A stretch of 64,000 bases of DNA from Macrostomum lignano (Eukaryota). How positions within the stretch are numbered: position 1 is the stretch's first letter; each line of letters begins with the position of its first letter. The stretch is taken from positions 238,176 through 302,175 of the forward strand of contig NIVC01001376.1 in the NCBI GenBank assembly GCA_002269645.1, written 5' to 3'. The notes under the pieces are model-generated. The model was not told the DNA's origin. It made no database searches and saw only the letters and a program-made list of their open reading frames with translations. A program made the position numbers and the translations under genes. Positions 20,991 through 38,699 of this stretch are shown here, piece after piece.

Positions 20991-23900
20991 ATTAATAAAT
21001 GGGGCTTATCGTTTATTAAATGTTCCTTAAGATGGAATTGAGCAGGCTTACTAATTATTATTAAAATATTAATGACTACGAGCGAGTGTAATTCGTCGGC
21101 GGCGCCGGATAATTATAAACTGGTTAAAACGAGAGAAATGCGCAGAGGAAAATGTTTAAAACAGAGCCAGAGTCGAGCAGAGGGGAAAAAATCTCTCTAA
21201 AATTATCGCACCAAAAGGTAGGGTTTATATAACAGATAAAAGTAGCTCTCCCGCTGGAGCAGTGACGGGACTAAGCAATGGATGCGCACTGCACAAGCGC
21301 TGGATCGAGCAAAAAATAAACCGTGGGGAGCGCATTCCTACAAATGAACCAGCACCTGGGAACGAACGCGCACCGCGTGGAAAATACAATGGAAAACGCA
21401 ATGGACGCAAATCCAGACTCAGGAGGACAAACAAGGGAATACCACACGGGCAGTTCCGACAGGCAAAATTTATCACCGTTTCGAACTTCAAATCAATAGT
21501 GGCATCCGCCTGCCACAAAATCAAATGAGCAAATAATCAATCGGTGGTACCCAACTACCACATTTTGAACAAGACAGAATAGGAGGTTCAAAATAGGAAG
21601 TAAAATGGTGTAGTCGTCTCGTCTCTCCCTCTCTCCCAAGCCATGGCTTTCAAGTGACTGGAATTCTATTAATTCTACAGTTCTGCATTGGTGAGTTTAA
21701 AAGCATATCTTGTTATTGTTAATGCTTCAGCATTAACAGCAACTAGCATTATTAATTAAGACATTAATTAAGACATCATTTAAATTAGTTTTGAATTAAT
21801 TTAAATACCTTTCAAAGTTTTATTTTATATTTATAGATTTTATCAATAATAATTTTTATTTCAGTTAGTCTATTTTAGTCTAATTCTACTAAGTCCTATC
21901 ACCAGTCTTTAGTTTTGCTACCAGTTGAAAAATACTTTTTTAATAAACAAAAGTTAAAAATTTAAGTCTTGGGATTAATTATTTAATTTAATAATAGATA
22001 TTTTTGGGGAAATTTCTATGCCCACTGAAAACTATACTACTGTTTTTCCACAACCCCAACCCAAAGACATAGTGTGTTGCGTGTTAGAGCGTGTCCTTAG
22101 GTTTGATTAGTTTGTCATTAGGGAACTAAGTTATTTTTATGGGGTGCTGGTAAACTTTTTTCATCAACTAGCTAAGCTAGGCCTACTATATAGTAAATTT
22201 CAGTTTTGGGCACTTCTGTTACCGAGTAACTTGCAAATGGTAATGAAAGTTACTTTTTCATAAAGCATTCCTTATGCAAGTTACTTTTTTCTTTTGGTAA
22301 TGGAGTAATAGTAAGTTACTCAAATTTTGGAAGTCTGTTACAGTTACTTTGTAACAATTGCAATATTTAAATTTAAAACTGAACTAAAATGCTTAGCTGT
22401 TATGCCAGTTGTCACATGTTTTTGTATTTTTCTTTCCTAAATTCAAAATTAAGTATGGTATTGCACTTTAATTAATGAAAAAATACTTGAAACATGTTTT
22501 ACTTTGTTGATTTCAATAAAATATTTTCGCCTTTCATTTTCATGTTACCAAAAATTTTCAAGTTTGATTGAAACAAACAACCAAAGAAAAAATTCATCTA
22601 TAGTCTCTACAACCACAAGTCCCTCCAGTGGCTCCACTAATACCAGTGGTGTGATTGAGGCGCGAATTCGCGCCAGGCGCGAAAAAGGCGCGAATACGCG
22701 ATTTCTGAGGGCAGGTGCAAATTTTCGTCAAGCAGAGGCACGATTTTTCAATTTTCGAATTTTCATTTTTTATTGATGAACTGATCACATTTAGTCTATT
22801 CACGCACACTTTATTCAAATTTAAACTTTATGTTATGGTGTACAATACATGCAAATCTGGATCTGGAGTAGCAGCTGAAAATGAAAGAAGACGAGATCCA
22901 GTCAAAACAGAAGCAGACTGAATTGAGCTCCAACGACTGCTGCTGGAGCTGACTCGTAACAAGGAGAAAGATCAAGAGTTGGAACAGCTTTGACAGGAGA
23001 AATGCAAGCTCCAGCAGAAGAAATTGAAGGAAGCTGAAAGAATTGCTGAGCAAGTGCTAAAATATAAGGCTATTGAGCAGGAAGTTAGGAATAGCCATTG
23101 CCTGCCCCAGAGTGTCCTTCAAAAAAGTTTAGAAATCAAATACCATGAAGTTTTGACACCCATTTTTGTCCAAGGACATTTGCTACTGGCTTTTTAGTTG
23201 TGGAGGCCAAACTTTTAGAGTGGTAAAGTACTGTCACAGCAAGGATTGATCTTTAGTGCTAGAAAAAAGAAGCAAAAACCATAAAAATATGGGTTTTCTA
23301 CATGTACATATATATGTAGTTAGCATGTTATTTAAGCTAGTAAACAATGGCACAAATTTTTTTGTGAGGTGCAAAAAAATGGCCCTTTGCCAATCACACC
23401 ACTGACTAACACTGCAGTACACTACACCATTTAATACAGTTCTACGAGCATATTTATTTTACTCTATATTGAATTATTGATATTTGTTCATTATCATTTA
23501 TAATTTTAATTATTGATTGCCATTGCCTATTAGTCTTTCTACTTGTCTCACATTGTGTTGCCAATTCTTGGCTCTGTCTATTAATTGGTTAATCCCAATG
23601 CCCAATGGCAAATTTCAGTAACAACAAAGTGAAAAAATATGCAATATGAAAAAAGCAGAAAATTTTGTTAATAACATGGGTAATGGAAGTGAGTAATGAA
23701 CAGTAACTTAAATGTTATTGGGTTTTTTGTCCAAAGTTACAAGGCTAACGTAAGTTACTTTTTAAAAATTGGGTAATTTAAGTTACAATAATGCAAGTTT
23801 TTTTTGAGTAACTTGCCCAACACTAGTAAATTTGTTAACTAGTAAATTGTCAAATAGTAAATTCTTTATATAGTATAGTATGTACAACAGTCTAAGTGCA

Positions 23901-24569
23901 TAGATATAATTAATACTAATAGATTCATAAAACCAATGAGCTAAGTTCTGTCATTTGTAATACTGGTTTTTAGGCATAGGACATGACAATTGTCAATTGT
24001 GACAATTTGTAACAATATTGTTGCCAGATCTGCGGGTTGTTTATCACTTAAATGTCTTTTCATTAGATTGACTAGATAAGAAATAGTTGTCTACCATATA
24101 TAATATAATAAAAAGTAAAATATGATAAAATGAAAAAAAACAATAAAACCAAGAATATTCAACGTCAGCAACTAGCTAAAGGACAACAATTATGAGCTAC
24201 GTAAGGCAGGATCCCTAGCAATCTTAATAAATTTTAATTTCAATCAGTTTTAAGTAATTTATTTCAACTAAAAATTAATACTTAAAAACCAATTGCAACT
24301 TAGTTCCTCTCAATTGCAACTTATTTCTCCTGATTAGGACTTATTTTTCACTTTGTAAATGACTTTTTTGCCCTTTTCTCTCTTCTCTTTTTGTTTTTCT
24401 CTCTTCTTTTTCCTTTCTCTCTTTTCTCCTTTCTTTTTTTCTTCTTTTCCTCTCTTTTTTTTCTTCCCCCAAATTTTCATTTTTTTGCATTTTCAATTTT
24501 GCAACTTACCTTGGCTAGTAATCATTTTACCTATTTAATTTAGATGGGTCAAATAGGTATTGGGTATAT

Positions 24570-24932
24570 ATGAGGACTGAGCTAAGTTGCAGCAGGTCTA
24601 AGCTAAGTCAAGTCCTACAGTAGGACTAAGCTAAATCACAACAAGACCAAGCTAAGTCGCACCTAGACTAAGCTAAGTTGTAGCAATTCTAAGCTAAGTC
24701 ACAATAGGACTAAGCTAAGTTGCAGCAAGTCTAAGCTAATAAGTCATAGCAGGACTGAGCTAAGTTGCAGCAGGTCTAAGCTAGGCCTAAGTCATAGCAG
24801 GGCTGAGCTAAGTTGTAATACGACTAAGCTAAGTCATACTGACTCCACTGAAGATAAGATAAGTTGCACTAAGGGCAAGCTAAGTCACAATAGGACTGAG
24901 CTAAGTTGCAACAAGACTAAGCTAAGTTGCAG
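24570..24932. repeat. degenerate ~20-21-bp tandem repeat (AGGACTAAGCTAAGTTGCAGC-like)
   Basis: A CTAAGCTAAGT core recurs about 15 times. Confidence 0.85.
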
Positions 24933-26328
24933 AGCATGTTTTAAATGTCATTTTTTATCCCATTTATTTTAATAATGAAATAGTGTTTTAAGGTTATTAG
25001 CTTGATAGATACTGATCTTTAATTAAAAGCAAATGCTTAGATTTTGCCTCTTGTTTCAATTGTCTAAGTTGAGTCTCTTAGGGAAGGGGGTTAATCTCTC
25101 TCTTCCTAAATTGTACTGATAGTAACAAAGTAGTAGGTCTTCCTAATTTTAAATTGCCAATTTAAACCTTAGAAGCAATACATAAATGTGAAGATTCAAA
25201 TCACTAGGCCCAATAGCTCTAAATATATAAATTCTTAGATAATTCTATAATAAGATAAAGGTATTAAATAATAAAGATTGTTTGCTGCCACCAGTCATGT
25301 CCTATCGAATATTAATAAATAAGTAATGTAAGACAGAGACAAAGCATGATGAGATTTATTACTTGACTAATTATAGACCATATAAAAAGAACATATGCAC
25401 AACAAATACAAATACAAGTTAAAAAAGGGGAAAAAAGGTTGCAGGTACAATTGCCTAAATATTGCAAATTAGACATTATAAATTTGTAATAATGTATAGT
25501 TAAACTAACCCCTTTTCTAATCAATAAATGTTCATCTCAGTTTTACTTTTTAGCAGAGATTTTCCTTAGCCCATACTTTTAGCTTACTTTTTTAAGTTTG
25601 CCATGTTCTATAAAATCTGTATTGGGGATACTAGAGAAGTGGGATTTTTTGTCAGAAAAAATTCAACAGAAAATATTTTTAGTAATTTTTGTTGCAAAAA
25701 ACCAAGAACTCGCAGGATGATTTTAGCAAAGAAAACTCCTTTACTTATAGACATCATATACTTCTTAAACAGGGAAACAGTATGAACTCAACTTGGATTA
25801 ACACTACTATTATTAGCATAAGTGCATAAAGCTTTATAGTGTATTAGATAGGGAAATTAAGCAAATTTGACAAGCTTTGGCCTTGAAAAATCAGAAACTA
25901 CTAAAGGGACAAACAAATGATTTTTAAGGGGATTTAAGGAAACATAAGAGAGGATTAATTTAATGTATCACTTACTAGGGTATAGGTTACATGTGCATTA
26001 ATGCATCAATTTGAAAAATGAAGAATTACAAAGGCAGAAATGACTAAATTGGATGAGGGATGCAAAAAAGGAATAGAAATAAGGATAGATTAACTTATAA
26101 GCAATAATTAGGACTTCTTCAAGTTTATGTTGATAAAATAGTTGCAATTTTGATAGGATCATAATTCTGTCTCTATATGGGTTTTTGATGGTGCTGATAT
26201 CAAATTTGAGCTCCATTTTTAGGTAGCTTTAACCCAATTATATGTAGCTTAAAACCAACCACCAGGGCATGGGGAATGGGGGGTTTTAGGGTGGGGTTTT
26301 AGTGTGGGGATCTTCATGGGGATTGATT

Positions 26329-26511
26329 TTATCAACATGAACTTGAATAGAGACATGGAGACCTATTCAAGATTGTGTTGATAGATTCCAATCCTAATAG
26401 GCGGGGGGGGTTAAAACAAGTTGGAGGTTTATTTGACAATGAATCTCTGTTTAATTATATCAACATAAACTTTAATAGAGACATAGAGACCTATTCAAGA
26501 TTGTGTTGATA
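26329..26511. repeat. two tandem ~55-nt hairpin units
   Basis: ATCAACA..CTTGAATAG-loop-CTATTCAAG..TGTTGAT at 26329-26384, with a second copy at 26459-26511. Confidence 0.7.
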
Positions 26512-26987
26512 AATTCCCCCAATCTACCACCACTCCCACTCCACCCCACCCTACCCCTACCATATTACAACAAACAATGTATATGAAAACAGACTTGAAC
26601 AAGGTACTCACCTTAAATAAATATAGCTTCTACGTGGATCTTCCATTTACAAGTTAGTAGACAGAACAACAACAAAATAGACAGACACTGGGATTCAATA
26701 AATAGCTAAGTAACATAGATAAGTTATACTTTTAAATACAATTAATAGTAACATATCTTAGCAACAGCAGCAATCAATTTCAGTAGGCAAATTAAAGCTA
26801 TATATTACATTCACTATTATTATGTGATTGCTAACTAAATCTAAACTAAGTATGACAGGATTGGATTAGACATTACTAATCCTTAAAGGAATAGTAGCGT
26901 CTAATCCAATACAGAAGAGACCCCATAGCGCTATTTTTGTAAAGCCATCGAAATTTGAACTCATTCAATTTTGAAATGTCTTTTGAA

Positions 26988-27813
26988 ATGCATTTGTGAA
27001 GTACAGGTGACTTGATCCCTAGACTGCGGAAGTCGCACCCGCGTGTCAGCCTCGCACAGTGCCTGTACTGGCTTGTGCTATGATAGTTTAGGCGGAGTAC
27101 AATAGTCGCTCATCACGCTCAGGAGCCTAGGTGAGTGTGGTCATGCGATTTGGTCATTCGAGCAGCTGTGCATTTATGAAGTACAGGCGACTTGATCCCT
27201 AGACTGCGGAAGTCGCACCCGCGTGTCAATCTCGCACAGTGCCTGTACTGGCTTGTACTATGATAGTTTAGGCGAGTGTTTAGGCGATAGTTTAGGCGAT
27301 AGTCTAGGCGATAGTTTAGGTGAGTGTGGTCATGCGATTTGGTCGTTCGAGCAACTGTGCATTTGTGAAGTACAGGCGACTTGATCCCTAGACTGCGGAA
27401 GTCGCACCCGCGTGTCAGCCTCGCACAGTGCCTGTACTGGCTTGTACTATGATAGTTTAGGCGAGTGTTTAGGCGATAGTTTAGGCGATAGTCTAGGCGA
27501 TAGTTTAGGTGAGTGTGGTCATGCGATTTGGTCGTTCGAGCAACTGTGCATTTGTGAAGTACAGGCGACTTGATCCCTAGACTGCGGAAGTCGCACCCGC
27601 GTGTCAGCCTCGCACAGTGCCTGTACTGGCTTGTACTATGATAGTTCAGGCGGAGTACAATAGTCGCTAATCACGCTCAGGAGCCTAGGTGAGTGTGGTC
27701 ATGCGATTTGGTCATTCGAGCAACTGTGCATTTGTGAAGTACAGGCGACTTGATCCCTAGACTGTAGTGCCTGTACTGGCTTGTACTATGATAGTTTAGG
27801 CGGAGTACAATAG
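26988..27813. repeat. 180/190-bp satellite, ~4.5 copies, two variants (A-B-B-A-partial A)
   Basis: The unit starts TGCATTTGTGAAGTACAGG. The B variant carries (GTTTAGGCGATA)-type sub-repeats. Confidence 0.92.
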
Positions 27814-28390
27814 TACCCCCGATGCCGGTACGGCCCGATGTCGATGCCGATAATGGCGGAAGAGAAGACGCCACTGTGTCGGTTTTTTCTCGCAGCTGAG
27901 CTGTGGCAAGACTACACTTTGAACTCGCCAACCTACATTATATTATTGCATATATTTATATGCATGCAATATATTTTTAGACTTTAAAATTTTTCACAAT
28001 TTTTTTTTTAAATTTCAGCACCAAAATAAGAGACAACCCTTAAGCCTTAGGTATTAAGCAAAATTGAGCAAAATGCGATGCACAGTGACAAGTTTACTAG
28101 TTAAAAATTAACAGGATCATGCGCAGGCGGACGGCCTCCATTCGGCGGTGTCCACCTGGCGCACATGACGGCAAAGTTAACAAAAACCATCACTGCCAGG
28201 CAGAAGATGGTCAGCAGCACAAACATGCCGATTTGAAGGGCTATCGGCGAGCTGTCGGCCTCGGCTTGCCACCGCTGACTCCGTCGGCGGAGGAGGCAGA
28301 CCGCGAGCCGCCGCTGAAGCTCAGGCCGTCGTCCTTGCCGCCGGAGTCGGGCGGCTGCTGCCCGCCGTAGCCGTTCCTGCTCAACCACCT

Positions 28391-30338
28391 TTTTGCTTTT
28401 TGCATAGTACTATCTTCGGTTTAATTAACACAGAGAAGGCACACAGGTTCTGCGTGGCGATTTTAAGCATAGAATATCTGCATTTTGAACGCTGATATCC
28501 CTCCCCGTTTCGCAGGCTGACGTCCTCGTCAGCACGTTCTTCTTGTATACCCCACTTGTGCAAACTCTTAGTCTTGATCTGTCGTTCTGATGTCTTGGCG
28601 TGCCTCACAACTTGGTTGCGCAGCTCTATGACTGATTATTATGCGGGCCTTCGCCCTGTGCGAAGGTTGTGGGTTCTTGTGGACTTATCTGGTGGTGGCT
28701 GCAACCACGTCGTTCTCCGCTGAAGAAAGCACGGGTTTGATCTGCAGGTTTTCTTGAAGTGCAAGCTTTTTGAATTTTATAGCCGGTAAAATGCTTTCAA
28801 CATTACTCTACTTCAAACATACTTGAGTTCTCCGGGTTGAGAGTAGAGGTAGATTGTAATCTCCGCGGGAGAGACTTTGTGGCGATCGTGTAGTCTCCCT
28901 GGTCGTGTGGTGTCCCCTAGTGTTTTTTATCTTTTGCGTTGCAATCTCGTGCATGAACTCTCCCCCATAAAGAGCCGTATTTAAAATATGCAAAGTACAA
29001 AAAAGTTCAAACATTTCTGTAATTTTCTAAACCAAAGTCAAAGATTTTTTCAGAGGTTAGTAAATCCTAGTTAATTGTAAGTGAATGAATATGCAGCATA
29101 AATTTGACAGTTCTTGCGGTTTAAGTGGCCAATTTTAGATTAACCCCATTGATGCAACGGGAAACGTCCTCCAACTTGTGCACGTTTCGGCCAAGCGCTG
29201 CAGTGATGGTGTAGATGGTGAAGATGGAGGAAGATAGAGCTGAATCTGTCCTATATGCGAGTCCCAGTCAGTTGCAGTTTCGTCACAAGATTTGCGGAGC
29301 ATGAGGAGGCATGTCTGGTTCAGCCTCTCGGCCGTTTTGACCATTGCTTTGAGGGTGGTAGGAGCTGGTGCCAGCACCCTTTCCAGAGTCTTAGGCTATG
29401 AAAAAATGACGGGCCGCTCATTCTCACTGCGTTGCTTCTGTGAGTTTTCCTTGTTCGTGACTTTTACGAAGGGTAAAGGTCTTTGCTTTTTCCTGTATTC
29501 TTTGCTACTGCACCATTCAGTTGCTCGGGAATGTCGACGTAAGAATTGGACAGCAAATAATGAAAATCCTGATTCAGCGAGGCAGTTGCCGTTATTGCGG
29601 TCAGCATTTAGTTTATTTTTTTATTGAGACTTGAAACTAGGGATTGGGATTGAATAAAGCTCAATTCTTTTGATCGACTAGGTTCCAGCTCTACAACCCA
29701 CCCTCCCTCCACCCTCATCCAAGCTGATAAGGCGCATCGAACACAGTTGACACCGTCGCTGGTTTGTTTGATTTGATCTCCTCGGCTGATGCTGTCGAGC
29801 GCTTCTGTAGAGCGGCGGCTGCACAGTAGTGACTGTTGATGTCATTGTCGCTTCTTATTACCTTCAAACATGCTACGTTGACACCAGATCGCATCTCGCT
29901 TGAAGATCGCTGTGTTGTACCCCAGCACATAGGCTTCCATGCCGCACTCGCTCTGTTTGACTCTGCCTCGTTCCTCGTCAATTCTACTGCCGTGACAGGC
30001 ATTCAAATGATGTCTAACGAACTTACACGGTCAGAGGGCACTACCTGTAACAGATCGCTAATCGGTAGTCTCTGATGGCCTTTTATGCCAACCACATTAC
30101 ACGCCTGCTACCCCTCTGCCACGACAGACTCAAAGAACTGAGTCCTGATTTGAGCTCAAACTTCACTACATTCAGGAGTGGAGAGCCTCGGCTCTTTCAA
30201 TTGCAATGTATTTATAAGCCCACCCATCTTTTCTGCTTTTTGCATAGTTGGTACTATCTTCGTTTTAATTAACACAGAAGGCACGTAGGGTCTGCATTGC
30301 TGTTTTAGTAATAGCATATCAGAATTTTGAATGCTGAT
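28391..30338 (-). mobile_element. heavily deleted Gypsy-like element: integrase relic between ~110-bp direct repeats
   Basis: TSSYHPQSNGQ(fs)TAERLNQTCLLMLRKSCDETATDWDSHI at ~29370-29250 is the integrase core. Direct repeats lie at 28391-28497 and 30232-30338. A purine tract GAAACGGGGAGGGA directly precedes the downstream repeat. Confidence 0.65.
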
Positions 30339-30651
30339 AAGTTGTTTTCCGCCCCCTGCCGTTTTAGGTGGTTAGAAACGGCATAGGTTTAAATTGGCAC
30401 TTTTTTCCGGGCTTCAACACTTGACATGCGTCATCAGGACGTCCTCAGAAGCAAAATTTCAACACTTGACATGTGCGCGAGGTTAGTTTTCTAGGCCTGA
30501 TTAGTCTATGTTGCATTAGAGCGAATTTCACAGAGAAGATTCAACTTACTGCCATACCCAGTGGCCACTAAATCAACCGATTGGAACGAGAGGAACAAGA
30601 GAGGGCAGTAATTTTCTCAGTGCTGCGCGCAACTCATCGGTGGGTTCTGAT

Positions 30652-30958
30652 TTCTAACGGCGTTAGAATTTCTATGAGAAAAGTTTCCCACAGGATAAGC
30701 TTTGGCACCAAATTTTCACATAGGAAATTCTAATGCCGTAAGAAAATCTAGCTGCTGACTCAAAGGAAGATTAGACTGGCTGTGTATGGTCAGGAAATTT
30801 TAACGCCGTTAGAAAATCTAGCTGATGGCTCAAAGGAAGACTAGGCTGGCTGCGATGGGTCAGGAAATTCTAACGCCGTTAGAAAATTTAGCTGCTGGCT
30901 CTAAGGAAGAGTAGGCTGGCTGTGATTGGTCAGGAGAGTCTAACTCCGTTAGAAAATT
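30652..30958. repeat. 70-bp tandem repeat with the 17-bp palindrome TTCTAACG-N-CGTTAGAA
   Basis: Palindromes at 30728, 30798, 30868 and 30938 (exact 70-bp period), plus one at 30652. Confidence 0.85.
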
Positions 30959-32266
30959 CAATGAAAGCTAAATTTCAAAAAAGTTACACAGTTTTCCACA
31001 CAGGATCACTGGCTAAAATTTCTTCTAGAAACTTCATCTTTGAGGTTAAATCTCTAATTGACATCGACACCTGCCCAATGCCGGGATAAGTTACAGAAAG
31101 TTTGTACGAGCGTACAGTCTAATGTACAAATAACCTGTTGAGGGGCTAATATTTACTTTTTTACATAAATTTCCAAATCTTTCTTTAACATATTGCTTTT
31201 AACGTTCTTCATTTCTTCGGTGCGCTACGCTATAAACAACCATCCAACTTCCAGAATCCAATGAAAACCTCCAATTTGAATCTTGTACTTTTCTAGAGCC
31301 GCCTTTACCCTAGTGATAATGTTCTGCTCACTCGACGGAAGCCGGTGATCAACGGCGTCTTGCAGCTGATTAGCTAGAGTTACGCGGGATGTGTACAGCC
31401 TCTCTAAACTTCTGCAGATCCGCTAGCGGCTAGCTTTTTTCTTCACTTCTCGCATTTTAAGCTTTGTTCGCTTCGGCAATATCGTCAGAGGCCATGGCGA
31501 ACGACTCGATTGGTAGGTCGCCAGTTTCTAAACCGAAAAAGGTGGCTAATTCCTCTCTTCTCTTTGCTTGTAGCTGCGTAGGAATATCCTTTAAAATTCT
31601 TTATGGCATGGCACAAAGGCCTTGCTTATCTGTTAGATAAAGGTTCCACTCCACTTCCATTTTCTACATATTTATAGAAAGCAGCAGTGAACTACAGCAA
31701 TGGCTTTATTAGCGGCCAACCAGGGCTTCCCTGCTTCCCACAAACTGGGCTTGAAAAAACGCCCCTAACTCGTATAGCGGAGTGGGGTGGGGCGGGTGAG
31801 TGTCCCTTCCTGGGAAGCGCAGTGAGTCGTGACCATAGTGGCTTCTCTGGGTAAACTCTTCCCCCTAACTAACCCTGCTAGTTTGTTCACCCCTGACTCA
31901 GCAAATCAGCTCTCCTCCACATCATACCCCTTGTCAGACCCTCTCAGGTTGAGCGAGCTTCTGACTGCTTTTCTGCACGCCCTCACCCCAAAACCAGACA
32001 CTGCGCCCAAGACTTTGCTTTCCCACTAGGACGCTAAAGTACGGTTTGTTACGAACTCTATGGGTGTGGGGGAGGAGTCTGTCCAAATGTACACCCTTCC
32101 TAATCAAATAGGAGAGAATGACGAAGCCCGAAAGAGATAATGACAGAGGGTCGAGGACTCGGTTTTCGGCATATTTATTTCATTGCCCTTCACCAGCCCC
32201 GCAGTCTTAAGACCTGCATACATCGAAATGCATAGAAGTATATTTTAATATACTAGCTATAACTAG

Positions 32267-32455
32267 ATGATTATAGCTGCCTTCATAAACACTTACTACT
32301 ATTTCGATAGCTATCGAACAGCTCCACCTGAAAAACCAAGAAATTACTTGAAAGGGCAGAAAGTTTATCGCTCAGACTTTATCCTTCAAGAGCTTAACAG
32401 TGACATCTGCGGTGAACTGTGCATGACTTTTTTATATGCCATGTTGAAAACGTAA
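32267..32455 (+). pseudogene. Polinton/adenain-type cysteine protease C-terminal fragment
   Basis: YYYFDSY..P and LQELNSDICGELCMTFL match the adenain/Maverick protease pattern YFDSxG...Q..S..CG.xC..FL. The catalytic His region is not recognisable. Confidence 0.65.
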
Positions 32456-33039
32456 AAGAGCCACAAAGAAATTGTTCTAGGATTTAGGGTTTACGTGTTG
32501 GTTTTTACTGTTGGATGTTGGTTTTTGTTGTTGGGTGTTGATTGTTGGGTCTTGGGTGTTAATTGTTGGCTGTTGGTTGTTGGTTGTTTATTTTTTGCTG
32601 TTGCGTGTTTCCAGGCCAAAAAATAGCTAATCCCCAGAGATCAACATTTACTAAAATCTATCTACACAATGTAGATCCTACTTTTATATCTAAAATCGAA
32701 TACCTTAAAAGCAATACTTACAACTACTGATGTTGTTCGGGGCTTCCAGGCCAAAATTGCCAAAATCCCCCTGAGATCAACATTTCCGAAAATCTTATCT
32801 ACATAAAATGCTTTTATATCTAAAATCAAATACATCAATGAAATACATACAACTACTGATCTAAGTGAGATTTTGAGGGGGGTCGACTTTTTTATCGCCC
32901 TTAGATGAGCAGTTGTAAGTATTGTGTCGGGTTTTGAATGCTGGGTAGAACTTACTTACTTACTACTGACGGGGGGCGCAGGCGCCGCGAATAGGCCGCG
33001 AGGCCCCTATCGCAACCCCAAGGTAAAAGAGCACAAGGA

Positions 33040-37915
<4,876 letters not shown>

Positions 37916-38699
37916 TTATCCCAGGATTGCTCCCAGGCGAGGCTCCGGCAGGCCCCCGGTCCACACTCTGCAAGATCAGGGGGCGGGAGGCCGGCTGCGG
38001 GCTTGGGACACAGGCGCCAGGTCGAGTTGACAGCCGACGCCCGAGCCCTCCCCCACAAGAGCGGCCCTCGAGAACCCGTGTGGTACCAGTTGCAACTAAG
38101 GGCTGTCGATGGGTAGTTGGCGCTTAGCCAGCAGCCAACTACTTAGCAGCCACCTGCCCCGCAAAAAAGCAGCAGGGGGGATCCGTCCCCCACCAGCAGA
38201 CCAAGACGAGGAAGCTAGCCGCTTCCACGCCAGGCCAGAACGAAAAGGAGGGGGAAGAGCCTCCTCGAAAAACGAAAAGCTGGCGGATGTCACAGAGTCC
38301 CTCGGTTTAAGTTGCCGTTTGCCCCCCATGCTGGGTAGAATTTGTAGATTATTTTAAATTATGTAGAATATTTTTGATTATGTGTAGATAGATTTTATTT
38401 AGTGTTGATCTCGGGGGATTTTGTTGTTTTATGAAAAATTTGGTCTGAAAACCCCGTCATGACAACTACTCTGCGTGATTTTAGATGTTAAAAAGTACGG
38501 GTGAAGTCGCGCATCCTTTACGTAATCCTCTTTGTGGAAAAATATGTGACTATCCTTATCCTCCGTGTGTACTTTGTATGCGGTGTGCTCATGTAGGTAC
38601 TTTCGTTTTTCGATCATTTTGTCTGGCATCACGTGGTGTGCGACTAGTCGCCAGTGTTGGATTGTGTATTTTTAGATCCAGCACTTAAACTACGGTATC

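Noticed and set aside
26988-27813. Hammerhead-containing satellite (retrozyme)
   Set aside because: No CUGANGA...GAAA core was found on either strand.
38150-38327. HDV-like ribozyme at the LINE 5' end (GGGGGGC start; UUCCUCGU later)
   Set aside because: I could not build P1/P3/P1.1 in the right order by hand. A descriptor search is needed.
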